Assembly: GCA_963677925.2 (NCBI GenBank)
Contig: CAXXYH010000003.1
Location: forward strand, 2,080,001-2,144,000
Direction of reading: 5' to 3'
From: Spirochaetia bacterium
GTDB taxonomy: Bacteria > Spirochaetota > Spirochaetia > UBA9216
Length of the DNA: 64,000 nt
Under the pieces are notes generated by a model, which saw nothing but the letters and a program-made list of their open reading frames with translations, had not been told where the DNA came from and ran no database searches. This document shows positions 46,828 to 56,625 of this stretch, in pieces (positions within the stretch are counted from its first letter, which is position 1; the number at the start of each line of letters is the position of its first letter). Position numbers and translations under genes: made by a program.

Positions 46828-47406
46828 ATGGATTACGATAAGATCTACAGTTTTATTCATGAACTGGATAAATTAAAAACAGTCTACAGAAAAACAATTC
46901 TTTCAGACGGCTCAAGAAATGAAAATTCAGCAGAACACAGCTGGCATTTGGCAGTTATGATTATGATGCTTACTGAAGAAATTGATGATGATATAGACTT
47001 CATTAAAATCCTGCAAATGGCGCTCGTTCATGATATCTGCGAAATAGGTTCAGGGGATATCTCAGTTTATGATGAAGGCAGGGATGATATACAGTCTTCA
47101 GAAAAAGAGTATCTGCAGGAACTTGCAGTCCGTTTTCCCGGCTCTTTCACTGACGGCGTTCTAAGACTCTGGGAGGAGTATGAGGAACAGCAAAGCCCTG
47201 AAAGCAGATGGGTTAAAGTATTTGACCGGCTCCTGCCCTTCTGCATGAACCTGATAACCGAGGGACGTTCATGGCAGGAGCAGAAAGTGAAAAAACACCA
47301 GGTATTGAAAATTCATGAACCCATCAGACTGCAGGCTCCAGAGATGTTTGAATGGGTGAAGGCAAAAGCAGATGAAGCCGTTAAAAAAGGCTGGCTGGAC
47401 GAATAG
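46828..47406 (+). CDS. HD-domain hydrolase (YfbR/HDDC2-like)
   Basis: LDKLK.V.R, ENSAEHSWHLA, LVHDI.EI..GD, LWEEYE, DRL.P. Confidence 0.92.
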   Translation: MDYDKIYSFIHELDKLKTVYRKTILSDGSRNENSAEHSWHLAVMIMMLTEEIDDDIDFIKILQMALVHDICEIGSGDISVYDEGRDDIQSSEKEYLQELAVRFPGSFTDGVLRLWEEYEEQQSPESRWVKVFDRLLPFCMNLITEGRSWQEQKVKKHQVLKIHEPIRLQAPEMFEWVKAKADEAVKKGWLDE

Positions 47407-47451
47407 AAGCGAATGCCTATAGAATCCCCGCATCCTCATTCCGGCAGCCAA

Positions 47452-47970
47452 TCAGTTTTCGATTACAAGAAGAGGATCCTGCACTTGGCATTCAAGGGTT
47501 ATCTCGGCATAGTCCACCATATTCAAACTTTCACCACTTTCTCTTGCCGCATCAATTACATCCTGTGAAATAAAGGCCAGGACATAGGTTATACGAAATA
47601 TTCCAGCTTTCCTGTCTTTAAGATCAATATCAATTAAAGTCTGTACCGGGACTTTTATTAAATCTCCATTCTCACCCGTATATTTTACGGATATTTTTTC
47701 GAGAATAAGATTATGCTCATCTGCAGTTTTTCCGAATATAGCCTGAACAGGAATAATACTGCTGTATATCGTGTTTACAATTTCATCCCGGTCTCCAGTT
47801 AGAAATACAGACCTGAGCTCATCAATTTTTATAGTTGTTTTTAAATAACCCTCAAACTCGGTTCCGTCGGCGGTAAGGCCGTTTGCTGAAAAAGTTGCAT
47901 TCAAATCATTAGCAAAAACAGCAGATAGACAACAAACAGAGAGAAGTATCAGTATAATTATTCTTTTCAT
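47452..47970 (-). CDS. Exported hypothetical protein
   Basis: Signal peptide ending SAVFA; family not recognised. Confidence 0.65.
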   Translation of the reverse strand: MKRIIILILLSVCCLSAVFANDLNATFSANGLTADGTEFEGYLKTTIKIDELRSVFLTGDRDEIVNTIYSSIIPVQAIFGKTADEHNLILEKISVKYTGENGDLIKVPVQTLIDIDLKDRKAGIFRITYVLAFISQDVIDAARESGESLNMVDYAEITLECQVQDPLLVIEN

Positions 47971-48052
47971 AGGCGGATGATAGGAAAAATGTAAATTGCA
48001 GTCAACAGATATTTAAGATAAACTCGGAATTATCAGAATACCGGAGTAAGAA

Positions 48053-48703
48053 ATGCAGACTAATCATAAATTTGTTTATATTCTTCTGCCTATATTATTA
48101 ACTATTATAACTTCAATTATATTCCATTTTGCTTCTTTAATTCTGGGCATTGATTGGGGTTATCTAACAGGTTTTATGTTCTACTATTTAATCTGGTGTA
48201 TTCTTATTCCTCTAATAATTACAGGCAAGTCATTCCTCAGTTTTTTTAAAGATGGTCACTCATTGTTGAAAATGAAAAACTGGTGGATAATAATCCTGTT
48301 TTTATCGACTCTCGCGGCGCCGGTTTTTATGTATTTTATTCCAAAACTTCCTGAAGCAGTACCTGCCATCATAATACTTGCGGCGCCCCTCTCAATTATT
48401 CATGGAATATGTGAAGAACTCTTCTGGAGAGGATTATACATTAAGCAGTTTCCTGACAGCATTATCTGGTCAGTAATAATTCCATCGGTCATGTTTTCAC
48501 TCTGGCATATAGCACCCCAGTTTTCCATCCGCAGTGAACATCCCTTTATTTTCATAATCTCAACAGTTCCTCTGGGTTTAACCTACGCTATCACCGCCTA
48601 TGCTACAAAATCAGCAAAGTGGCCGGCAATCGGGCACGCCTTCAGCACTTTTATGGCGTTCAGCCTGCCGATATCATCAAGCCTGTATAACATTATTAAA
48701 TAG
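48053..48703 (+). CDS. CPBP (CAAX/Abi) intramembrane metalloprotease
   Basis: EELFWRG, FSLWH, AIGH motifs; multi-TM. Confidence 0.88.
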   Translation: MQTNHKFVYILLPILLTIITSIIFHFASLILGIDWGYLTGFMFYYLIWCILIPLIITGKSFLSFFKDGHSLLKMKNWWIIILFLSTLAAPVFMYFIPKLPEAVPAIIILAAPLSIIHGICEELFWRGLYIKQFPDSIIWSVIIPSVMFSLWHIAPQFSIRSEHPFIFIISTVPLGLTYAITAYATKSAKWPAIGHAFSTFMAFSLPISSSLYNIIK

Positions 48704-48724
48704 AATAATACCAGCTTATGATTT

Positions 48725-49405
48725 TTAAAAATCTCCAGGCTCAAACAACCTGCGTCCTTCTTCCATTAAGACAGGCCCCGCAATTTTTTCGAGAATATTC
48801 CTGTCCGCTGCGAGATATCCTGATCCGCAGGAGCCGGCGGTTTTCTTAACAGCCCCCTTACGGCACAGCGAAGATAGACTTCTTGTTAAATGACGATAAC
48901 TGCAGCCCATCCATTCTGACAGCTGAATCAGATTCTGGGCTTTCAGTTCAGGATCCTTAAACTCGAGATAGTAATGGGCCAGTCTCACTTCAAGCGGATA
49001 ATTAGTATTGACGGCTTCCGAAACTGAATTTTCATGCAGCTTTCTTGCCAGCCCCTTTCCGACAAGGAAAATCAATTCTGAGAATCCCGGAAGATTATCT
49101 CTTATACTGGAAGTCGGAAGTGAAATCGTTTTTGCGGCCTCTATACATTGAACCGAACATGAGGCCGCTTCGCCTCCTGTAAAAAGCTCTATGTCACCCA
49201 TGATGGATCCGGGCAGATATATACGGTACAGCATATCACGTCCGTTGCTTAATGATCTGAAGACTCTGAATCTTCCGGACTCGATAAAATGAAGGTAATC
49301 AAGCGGCTCACCCTCCAGGCAGAGGATGTCTGTTTTTTTCCAGTCGATCCGGACCGACGCTGTAGATTCTGTAAAAAATGATTTAATTTCAGTCAAGTGG
49401 GACAT
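48725..49405 (-). CDS. Crp/Fnr-family regulator
   Basis: EGEPLDYL.FI.SG, GDIELF, LEVRLA.Y, GCSYRHL.R; GGAGG RBS before ATG 49405. Confidence 0.88.
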   Translation of the reverse strand: MSHLTEIKSFFTESTASVRIDWKKTDILCLEGEPLDYLHFIESGRFRVFRSLSNGRDMLYRIYLPGSIMGDIELFTGGEAASCSVQCIEAAKTISLPTSSIRDNLPGFSELIFLVGKGLARKLHENSVSEAVNTNYPLEVRLAHYYLEFKDPELKAQNLIQLSEWMGCSYRHLTRSLSSLCRKGAVKKTAGSCGSGYLAADRNILEKIAGPVLMEEGRRLFEPGDF

Positions 49406-49467
49406 ATGTCCTACCTCCTTAAACAGATTGTAGGATAGAATATCAAGCATAACAAGCAGGAGTTGCA

Positions 49468-50367
49468 ATGTATTTCTTTTTATCAGTTCTTACCGGCGGC
49501 CTTGTCGCCTTAATGATTCAGTTCAACGGAGTTCTGCAGACGGCAGTCGGCGGAAGCGCAGCATTGCTGTCTATTCACATCTGCGGATTAAGCGGAGCAT
49601 TGGTACTTCTGATTACAGCCTACCGGCGAATGAAGGGAGATCCTTCAGAAAAATCACCGAAAATATTTCTAACAGCCGGAATGCTTGGAAGCCTGATCGT
49701 ATATCTTGCAAGTGTAATATTCGAGAAGGGCGGAATACTGTTTTCATTAAGCGGTTCACTTGCAGGCCAGACTCTGGCTGCGGCCGCTGCTGAAAGTTTT
49801 TATAAAGCTGACAGAACACGGTCTCCGCTGATTCAGAGAATCCTTTCCCCGGCACTGCTTATTCCGGGTTCGATTATTATTGGACTCAAGGCAGGTGCCG
49901 GTCCGCTGTGGATTATCCTCTCATGGACTCCAGGAATTATCCTGATGATTCAGCAGCATATGAACTCAAGAAATACCGCCCGGTACGGAACACCCCGGAC
50001 AGTTGTTTTTAATTATATATCAGCTCTTATAATAATAATTCCGCTGTTCTTCTTCTCAACCTTAAAAAGCAGCGGCTCTGCAGAGGTCGGACAGAGTCTG
50101 CCGGAAATAGCAGCCCTGCCCTGGTATATATTTGCGGGCGGCGGCCTGATTGGTGTTTTTACAACAGGTATGATTGCCTATCTTCTCCTGAAGTCTCCGG
50201 CGCTTGTTGTAACGCTCGGAGTCTATGCCGGGGAACTTGCCGGCGGCCTTATACTTGACATCTGGTTCGGACTCGGAATAGCGCCGGTAAAACTTATTGG
50301 TATTATTCTGATCATCGCAGGACTGGGTGCCGGGAAGATCAGACCTTCACAAAAGATAACAAATTAA
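49468..50367 (+). CDS. DMT-superfamily (YdcZ-like) transporter
   Basis: Two 5-TM repeats (Q.NG.L; LAGQ; GGGLIGV; ILD.WFG); divergent from the Crp gene. Confidence 0.8.
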   Translation: MYFFLSVLTGGLVALMIQFNGVLQTAVGGSAALLSIHICGLSGALVLLITAYRRMKGDPSEKSPKIFLTAGMLGSLIVYLASVIFEKGGILFSLSGSLAGQTLAAAAAESFYKADRTRSPLIQRILSPALLIPGSIIIGLKAGAGPLWIILSWTPGIILMIQQHMNSRNTARYGTPRTVVFNYISALIIIIPLFFFSTLKSSGSAEVGQSLPEIAALPWYIFAGGGLIGVFTTGMIAYLLLKSPALVVTLGVYAGELAGGLILDIWFGLGIAPVKLIGIILIIAGLGAGKIRPSQKITN

Positions 50368-50394
50368 TATAAAGTACCAGAGTAAGGATTTTTT

Positions 50395-50790
50395 ATGATA
50401 AAAAAAGTTTTAATCTTTCTTTCATTGATACTAATCTGTACAAATATTTTCTCAGCAGATCTGTACATGTATAAATTTGATTCCGATGTTATATATGCAA
50501 TAGCTATTGAAAAATCAATTGAGTTCGATGATGAATATATAGTCGGACTGCTTGAAATAAACCCATCCGGAGCTGAATGGTGGACAATCTCAACACATTG
50601 CTATGTTGATCAGAGTCATAAGATAATATCAAAGGTAGACCTCAACTTTCCAACGTTAGAGTTTAACGGAGCTTATCTTGATGCCTGCATAAACAGCCGT
50701 AACAACGTTATTTTACAGATGGAAAAAGTTGAGACCATAACATATAAAGGCTGTGAAATCATACTGCCTGAAGTATTCGACACGGATTAA
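50395..50790 (+). CDS. Exported hypothetical protein
   Basis: Signal peptide MIKKVLIFLSLILICTNIFS. Confidence 0.6.
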   Translation: MIKKVLIFLSLILICTNIFSADLYMYKFDSDVIYAIAIEKSIEFDDEYIVGLLEINPSGAEWWTISTHCYVDQSHKIISKVDLNFPTLEFNGAYLDACINSRNNVILQMEKVETITYKGCEIILPEVFDTD

Positions 50791-50820
50791 CAGCCCTTCA
50801 GGTGATGGAGCAGTCAAAGC

Positions 50821-51235
50821 ATGATCCCCGAACTGTATAAAAAGTACTTTGCTGACAGGGAAGATGAAAGAAGAATGATGTTCAAAAAACTTTCTGACAC
50901 CTACAATCCGCAAAATGGTATATATCCCGGAAGTTTTATTCATGTCACCCCATCTTTTTACATACCGGATATGACCTATATAGATTCAGATAAAAGATTC
51001 GGCAGATTCTTCAAAGATGATAATCTTTTGAGGTATATTACTGATAATAAAAAATACAGTGATAAAGCGGAGCGGAGATAATTTCAGAATAATATCTGAT
51101 AATTTAGGTTCTTACTTTCAGAAAAAAGACGGAAGCCCTATCAACACTGAAAGAGTTTTCGAACGTATGATTGGGGAGAATTTTACAAAAAAAGCCTATG
51201 CATATATCTTCAGATATAATTGTTATATAGAATGA
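50821..51235 (+). pseudogene. Conserved-hypothetical gene broken by a frameshift or internal deletion near 51067
   Basis: First frame (GGAG RBS, YPGSFIHVTPSF..YIDSD) stops at 51081; an overlapping frame 51068-51235 continues with protein-like RSGDNFRIISDNLGSYFQKK...FTKKAYAYIFR and has no start codon at its 5' end. Confidence 0.6.
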
Positions 51236-51253
51236 TATTAAGGAGTTACCAAA

Positions 51254-52060
51254 ATGAACAGCTCGGTATTATTCGCCTTCTCATTGACATTATTTGCAGG
51301 ACTTTCAACTGGTATAGGAAGTTTAATCGGTTTACTTTCAAAGAAATTTAATCCTAAAGTATTAACAATATCACTTGGATTTTCTGCGGGTGTTATGATT
51401 TATGTTTCAATGGTCGAAATATTTGTTAAAGCAAGAGATTCGCTGAGTACAACACTGGGAGATAAAAACGGATATATCTGGACAGTTGCAGCTTTCTTTA
51501 CCGGTATGTTTTTGATTGCACTGATCGATAAGGTAATTCCTTCCTATGAAAATCCGCACGAACTGAATGTTGCAAATAAAATTGAAAACTCATCTGAGAA
51601 GGAAAAGGCTAAACTGCTTCGAATGGGAGTTTTCTCAGCGCTGGCAATTGGCATACACAATTTTCCCGAAGGACTTGCGACCTTTATGAGCGGGCTGACC
51701 AACCCGACCCTGGGTATAAGCATTGCAGTGGCTATTGCGATTCATAATATTCCGGAAGGTCTTGCTGTATCAGCCCCGATATTTTTTGCAACAAAGAGCA
51801 GAAAAAAAGCGTTTGTACTTTCATTCTTATCCGGATTCGCTGAACCTGTAGGGGCTCTGCTCGGATACTTTGTTCTCAGGTCGGTTTTTACCGAGACAAC
51901 TTTCGGTGTGATTTTTGCAGCGGTTGCGGGTATTATGGTTTATATATCTCTGGACGAACTGCTGCCTACAGCCGAAGAATACGGCGAGCACCACCTTGCT
52001 ATCGGCGGACTGATATCAGGGATGATAGTCATGGCTGTCAGCCTTCTGCTGTTTGCCTGA
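51254..52060 (+). CDS. zupT: ZIP-family zinc transporter
   Basis: LFAGLSTGIG, GFSAGVMIYVS.VEI, HNFPEG, HNIPEG, SLDELLP. Confidence 0.95.
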   Translation: MNSSVLFAFSLTLFAGLSTGIGSLIGLLSKKFNPKVLTISLGFSAGVMIYVSMVEIFVKARDSLSTTLGDKNGYIWTVAAFFTGMFLIALIDKVIPSYENPHELNVANKIENSSEKEKAKLLRMGVFSALAIGIHNFPEGLATFMSGLTNPTLGISIAVAIAIHNIPEGLAVSAPIFFATKSRKKAFVLSFLSGFAEPVGALLGYFVLRSVFTETTFGVIFAAVAGIMVYISLDELLPTAEEYGEHHLAIGGLISGMIVMAVSLLLFA

Positions 52061-52140
52061 GTTCTTAAAGTTTTCTGCATTATCAATTAATTGCTTTGCT
52101 TCCTAAAATATGTTGACAATCTTTTAAAACAGATCAATAC

Positions 52141-52168
52141 TATGACTATAACTACTTTTTTGGTCATA
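52141..52168 (+). promoter_or_regulatory. Possible TetR operator
   Basis: TATGAC-N16-GTCATA inverted repeat just upstream of the TetR gene; TTGACA at 52113. Confidence 0.45.
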
Positions 52169-52178
52169 GGGTCAGAGT

Positions 52179-52784
52179 ATGGGAAGAGCTTTTAACGAGA
52201 AAGAAAAAGAACAAATCAAACATCGGCTGCTGGATGCCGGGAGGGAACTGTTTACACAGTACGGGCTTAAAAAAACCAGTGTTGAAGAAATAACAAAGAA
52301 AGCAGGTATTTCGAAGGGAGCCTTTTACTCATTCTACAGTATGAAGGAGCTGCTGCTATGGGATATTTTCAACAGCTTCGAAGAAGCTTATCGTGAAAAT
52401 GTTATGCAGATGTTCACACAGGTTCCGCTGACCCGGAGAATACTGACTGAGTTTCTTTACCAGATGTACATAATTGTTGAAGAAGAGCCTCTGTTTAAGA
52501 AATTTCTCAACGGCTCCGATTATGCCGATTTACTACAAGTTTTACCTGAAGAGACTGTGGCTGAACACCTTGAAGGTGACTCGGATTTCAGTATCAGCCT
52601 TATACAGGGATTAAAAAATGCAGGTGTTTCACTCCCTTCTGATATAGAAACAACCGCCGCCATGATCAGATCAATGTTTTTTATCTCGCTGCATAAAGCT
52701 GAAATCGGTGATGGATATGACGAGGGAGTCAGACTGCTCTGCGAACTGACTGCTGCAGGATTCGGATTTCAGGAGGACAAATAA
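52179..52784 (+). CDS. TetR-family regulator
   Basis: LFTQYGLKKTSVEEITKKAGISKGAFYSFY. Confidence 0.92.
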   Translation: MGRAFNEKEKEQIKHRLLDAGRELFTQYGLKKTSVEEITKKAGISKGAFYSFYSMKELLLWDIFNSFEEAYRENVMQMFTQVPLTRRILTEFLYQMYIIVEEEPLFKKFLNGSDYADLLQVLPEETVAEHLEGDSDFSISLIQGLKNAGVSLPSDIETTAAMIRSMFFISLHKAEIGDGYDEGVRLLCELTAAGFGFQEDK

Positions 52785-53638
52785 TGATCATGGTAAGAAA
52801 TTTGAGCTACAGGTATCCGGGCAGCGCCGTGAATGCAATTGACGGTATCAGTTTCAATGTAAAGGAAGGGGAAATCTTCGGATTCCTCGGACCTAACGGT
52901 GCCGGAAAATCCACGACCCAGAAAATACTTATTGGCCTGCTGAAAGGCTATAATGGAGAAGCGGAAGTCAGCGGAAGGGGAATTAATAAGATTAAAGAAG
53001 ACTACTACGAAAGAATCGGAGTAGCATTTGAGTTTCCGAATCTTTACAGCCGATTCACGGGAATCGAAAACCTTCAGTTCTTTCAGTCGCTTTACCGTGG
53101 TTCGGGGATTTCACCGGAGAAGCTTCTGAAGCAGGTTGGTCTTGAAAAAGATGCTCATCTAAAAACCGGAAGTTATTCAAAGGGAATGAAAATGCGTCTG
53201 AACTTTGCCCGTGCATTAATAAACAATCCTTCACTGCTCTTCCTTGATGAACCGACATCGGGCCTCGATCCGGTGAACTCAAAAATAATGAAGGATATGA
53301 TACTGAAACAGAAAGCAGAGGGTAAAACTGTTTTCCTTACTACTCACAACATGTCTGCCGCAGATGAGCTATGTGACCGTGTAGCTTTTATTGTGGACGG
53401 CAGGATCAGCCTGATAGACAGCCCCAGGAACCTCAGGCTGTCACAGGGACAGCGTTCAGTACGCGTTGAATCAAATATTAATGGGGACACGGTGATCAGG
53501 GAATTTCCGCTCAGTGGCATAGGAGAGAACAATGCTTTTATTAATTTCCTTCGTTCGGGAAATCCGGAAACCATTCATTCCGCCGAAGCAAGTCTGGAAG
53601 ATATCTTTATAAAAACAACCGGGAGCCGACTGCTATGA
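52784..53638 (+). CDS. ABC exporter ATPase
   Basis: GPNGAGKST, YSKGMKMRL, LDEPTSGLDP, TTH. Confidence 0.93.
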   Translation: MIMVRNLSYRYPGSAVNAIDGISFNVKEGEIFGFLGPNGAGKSTTQKILIGLLKGYNGEAEVSGRGINKIKEDYYERIGVAFEFPNLYSRFTGIENLQFFQSLYRGSGISPEKLLKQVGLEKDAHLKTGSYSKGMKMRLNFARALINNPSLLFLDEPTSGLDPVNSKIMKDMILKQKAEGKTVFLTTHNMSAADELCDRVAFIVDGRISLIDSPRNLRLSQGQRSVRVESNINGDTVIREFPLSGIGENNAFINFLRSGNPETIHSAEASLEDIFIKTTGSRLL

Positions 53639-54354
53639 GACTTGCAGGAATGCTTAAACAGGATTTCAGATTTCAGTTTCGTCACGGCTTTTATTACATT
53701 TACGCAGCAGTTACTCTTGTATACAGTATTATTCTGCGACTCATTCCGGAGGCATTCAGGCCCCGGATCGCTGCGGATTTAATATTCAGCGACACTGCAG
53801 TTTTAGGCTTCTTCTTTATCGGCGGAATAGTCCTGCTTGAAAGAAGCGAGCAGCTGCTTGAATCATTATTCATCAGCCCGCTTCGTATCCACGAATACAT
53901 ACTTTCTAAAATTATCAGTCTGGGTACTCTGGCTTTTAGCTGCAGTGTGATTTTACTTATTGTATCGGAACTAAGAGATGCCGGGCTTATCATGATTATT
54001 TTAACAGGAACTCTATTATCATCTGCTATCTTTACTGCAATGGGGGTTGTAATATCTGCAAAAGCAAAAACGGTTAACCAGTATTTCCTTTTTTCAATAG
54101 GCTTCATGATTCTATTTCTCCCTGCTGTTATTGATATAACAGGAATTTTCAGATCTCGCCTTTTTTATATTTTCCCGATTAGAGGGATTGCTGACCTACT
54201 GCTGAAGGCAAACAGCAGTGAAGACGTCTCAACCCTGGTGCCCGCATATATATCAATGCTTGCGTGGTCTGCAGTTTCTTTCTATGCGGCAGGAAAAACT
54301 CTTAAATCATCTGTAAAAAAAAGAGGAGGCAGCGAATCATGGATAAAACTCTAA
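53635..54354 (+). CDS. ABC-2 permease (fluoroquinolone-exporter-like family)
   Basis: DFRFQFRHGFY, LGFFFIGGIVLLER, SPL...EYILSK. Confidence 0.82.
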   Translation: MRLAGMLKQDFRFQFRHGFYYIYAAVTLVYSIILRLIPEAFRPRIAADLIFSDTAVLGFFFIGGIVLLERSEQLLESLFISPLRIHEYILSKIISLGTLAFSCSVILLIVSELRDAGLIMIILTGTLLSSAIFTAMGVVISAKAKTVNQYFLFSIGFMILFLPAVIDITGIFRSRLFYIFPIRGIADLLLKANSSEDVSTLVPAYISMLAWSAVSFYAAGKTLKSSVKKRGGSESWIKL

Positions 54355-55076
54355 CGAGGTACAGGTTTTTCCGTACAGGACTGAGCGGAACAAAAACAAT
54401 CTTTCGGGATCCAATGCTGATTCTGATTTTTGCAGCCCCCATCCTGCTTGCAGCAGTTACTTACTGCGCTATTCCTGCAGGTGCAGACTTACTTATGAAA
54501 TATACTGCATTCGATTTAAGTTTATACTATCCGCTGATCACGGCATTCTTTGCAACAGTCCCTACCCTGATGTATGGAATGCTCACCGGGTTTACCATTC
54601 TGGATGAAAAGGACGAAAATATTCTAATACAAATTTCGCTTACACCCTTCGGATTAAAACGACATTATTTTGTCAGAACAGGCATATTCAGTATTTTCGC
54701 CTTTATATTTGCTGTATTTTTTCTCAGGTTTAATCCGCTTTACAGCATTGGAATTATTAGAACTGCAGCAATTTCAGTATGCCTGAGCATCGAAGGTGCA
54801 GCAGCCGGTTTATTTATAGCTGCTGCAGCTAAAAACAAGGTAGAAGGCCTGACAATGGGTAAGGCCCTGGGTATATTCATGCTTGCCCCGGCCATCCCGT
54901 TTTTCGTACCGCCCCCCTTCCATTATTTCGCGGCAGCTGTGCCCAACTACTGGATTGGCATGCTCGTTTTCAGTTCATGCAATTCTGCACTCATTGTTAC
55001 CTGTTCCTTATTAGTCCATTCAGCAGTTTTATTTGCGGTATGGAAAAAAGCCCTGCTTAATATTGCAAAGGGCTAA
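54339..55076 (+). CDS. ABC-2 permease, second subunit
   Basis: RDPML..F.APIL, GFTILDEKDE, AKNKVEGL..K, P.YW. Confidence 0.82.
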   Translation: MDKTLTRYRFFRTGLSGTKTIFRDPMLILIFAAPILLAAVTYCAIPAGADLLMKYTAFDLSLYYPLITAFFATVPTLMYGMLTGFTILDEKDENILIQISLTPFGLKRHYFVRTGIFSIFAFIFAVFFLRFNPLYSIGIIRTAAISVCLSIEGAAAGLFIAAAAKNKVEGLTMGKALGIFMLAPAIPFFVPPPFHYFAAAVPNYWIGMLVFSSCNSALIVTCSLLVHSAVLFAVWKKALLNIAKG

Positions 55077-55086
55077 TTCAGAATTT

Positions 55087-55842
55087 TTATTTTTTTACAA
55101 ATATTAATGAAGAAACAATATCAGCGGCAGTAGTCAGATTTGAAATATCGGGATAAAGATTTCCGCTGCTTCCATCCGCAGAACCATGGCCGGCTAACTC
55201 AAATATAACTTCACCGCCCTGTTCTAATGAAGCTGAATCTAACACAGCCCGGTAAATCACTGAAGGCTGGCCGCTTCCCATTTCACCGCCGCTGTAGCTT
55301 GAATCACCTTCAGCAGCATCTTCAGGATAAAAATCATTGAAATCCACAGAATGATTAAACTCGGCATAAATTACAAACCGGTCTATTCCAGACCGTAAAC
55401 TTGCCGGAAGAACTGAGCTGCCCTTCGGTGTTGCTGAGGTTAAAGCATCAGGAAGCGGATCGTCTTTAGTCGGAAGCAGAAGCCCGTCGCTGTAAACCTC
55501 TCCCCGGCTGTGCGACCAGAACGGCAGTGCCTCAATGCGTCTGTTGCCGCTGTTAAATACCCAGCCCTCGGTCGCAGCCTTTTTTGTGACATAAACAGTC
55601 CTCAGGTAATTGCCTGATTCATCCTCAATCCAGACCGCAAACTGAGGACTGTTTTTTGTTTTAAACCACAGAAATAAAGGAAAATCGTGAAGCCATGAAT
55701 CTCCAGCCGTAATTCTTATTTCTGCATCAGAACCGGTCTGCAGCTCAATAGTTTCCGTATTAGTGCCGGCGCATGAAAAGGCTAATAATACGACTGTAAT
55801 CAAAAAAAATATTTTATTCATTCTATTATTCTCCATGTTCAT
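55087..55842 (-). CDS. Lipoprotein, DUF2271-like
   Basis: AFSC lipobox; PQFAVWIED..GNY..T.YVT, ALP.WSH, DALTSATP, GQPS.IY. Confidence 0.75.
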   Translation of the reverse strand: MNMENNRMNKIFFLITVVLLAFSCAGTNTETIELQTGSDAEIRITAGDSWLHDFPLFLWFKTKNSPQFAVWIEDESGNYLRTVYVTKKAATEGWVFNSGNRRIEALPFWSHSRGEVYSDGLLLPTKDDPLPDALTSATPKGSSVLPASLRSGIDRFVIYAEFNHSVDFNDFYPEDAAEGDSSYSGGEMGSGQPSVIYRAVLDSASLEQGGEVIFELAGHGSADGSSGNLYPDISNLTTAADIVSSLIFVKK

Positions 55843-55843
55843 T

Positions 55844-56458
55844 TTAATTCTCAGAAGACAGAAATATGTGATCAGAAAGTTCAGCTGCCGCAGAGGCGAT
55901 TCGATCCAATCCTTTTTTTGTCTGCAAATTTACTCCATTAAAAACAGGCACAGTGTCGGAAACTATACCAAGGTATGTGATGCCGGCAGTGATAACTGCA
56001 ATCAGCGCTTCAACATCCATTTCTGTTTGTAGATTCGTCTGCATAGCATGGGTCAGGGCAAGTCCATTTTTTTCAATTTCTTCAGATATTCTGGTGCCGA
56101 TGCTGCTTTTTTCCTGCAGCTGCCAGCGAAGAAGTTCTCTCATTACGGTATTTTCATGCAGCTCGAATATCTGTTTTCTGAATATTTCAAAAGTAAGCCT
56201 CCGCTTCTCTTCCAGGCCGAGGGTGCTTACATCATCGTAATTCAGATCTTTCGCGGTCTGCATCCAGTAGCTGTGCTCTTCTGCCCATACCCTCAACAGA
56301 CCTTCAAGATCTTCAAAATACCGGTAGATAAGAACCTTGGAGACCCCGGCCTCGCGGGATACTGAATTTATGCCCACAAAGTTAATTCCCTTTTTCTCTA
56401 CAATCCTGCTTACCGCATCAATAATTCTGTGCGCTGTCTGTGCTCTATCCCTTTCCAT
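55844..56458 (-). CDS. TetR-family regulator
   Basis: GINSVSREAGVSKVLIYRYF..LEGLL. Confidence 0.9.
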   Translation of the reverse strand: MERDRAQTAHRIIDAVSRIVEKKGINFVGINSVSREAGVSKVLIYRYFEDLEGLLRVWAEEHSYWMQTAKDLNYDDVSTLGLEEKRRLTFEIFRKQIFELHENTVMRELLRWQLQEKSSIGTRISEEIEKNGLALTHAMQTNLQTEMDVEALIAVITAGITYLGIVSDTVPVFNGVNLQTKKGLDRIASAAAELSDHIFLSSEN

Positions 56459-56534
56459 TTTTTTCCCAGTAATACACATATTAATTTAACCCATTGGTTA
56501 TATAAATATGTTACCTCATGGTTACATATATTTC

Positions 56535-56573
56535 AAAAAAAATCCTCATCCGGCGCTTCATCCCGGATGAGGA
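56535..56573 (-). terminator. Terminator of the sugar ABC operon
   Basis: TCCTCATCCGG...CCGGATGAGGA perfect 11-bp stem; T8 on the minus strand. Confidence 0.85.
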
Positions 56574-56625
56574 AAAATAAAAAGGAGGAGAAATTCAGAT
56601 GGTCAGAATTTTACCGGACCTGATA

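Noticed and set aside
50781-50790. CACGGATTAA as another repeat copy
   Set aside because: Only 9-10 nt, inside a coding 3' end, with no flanking similarity.
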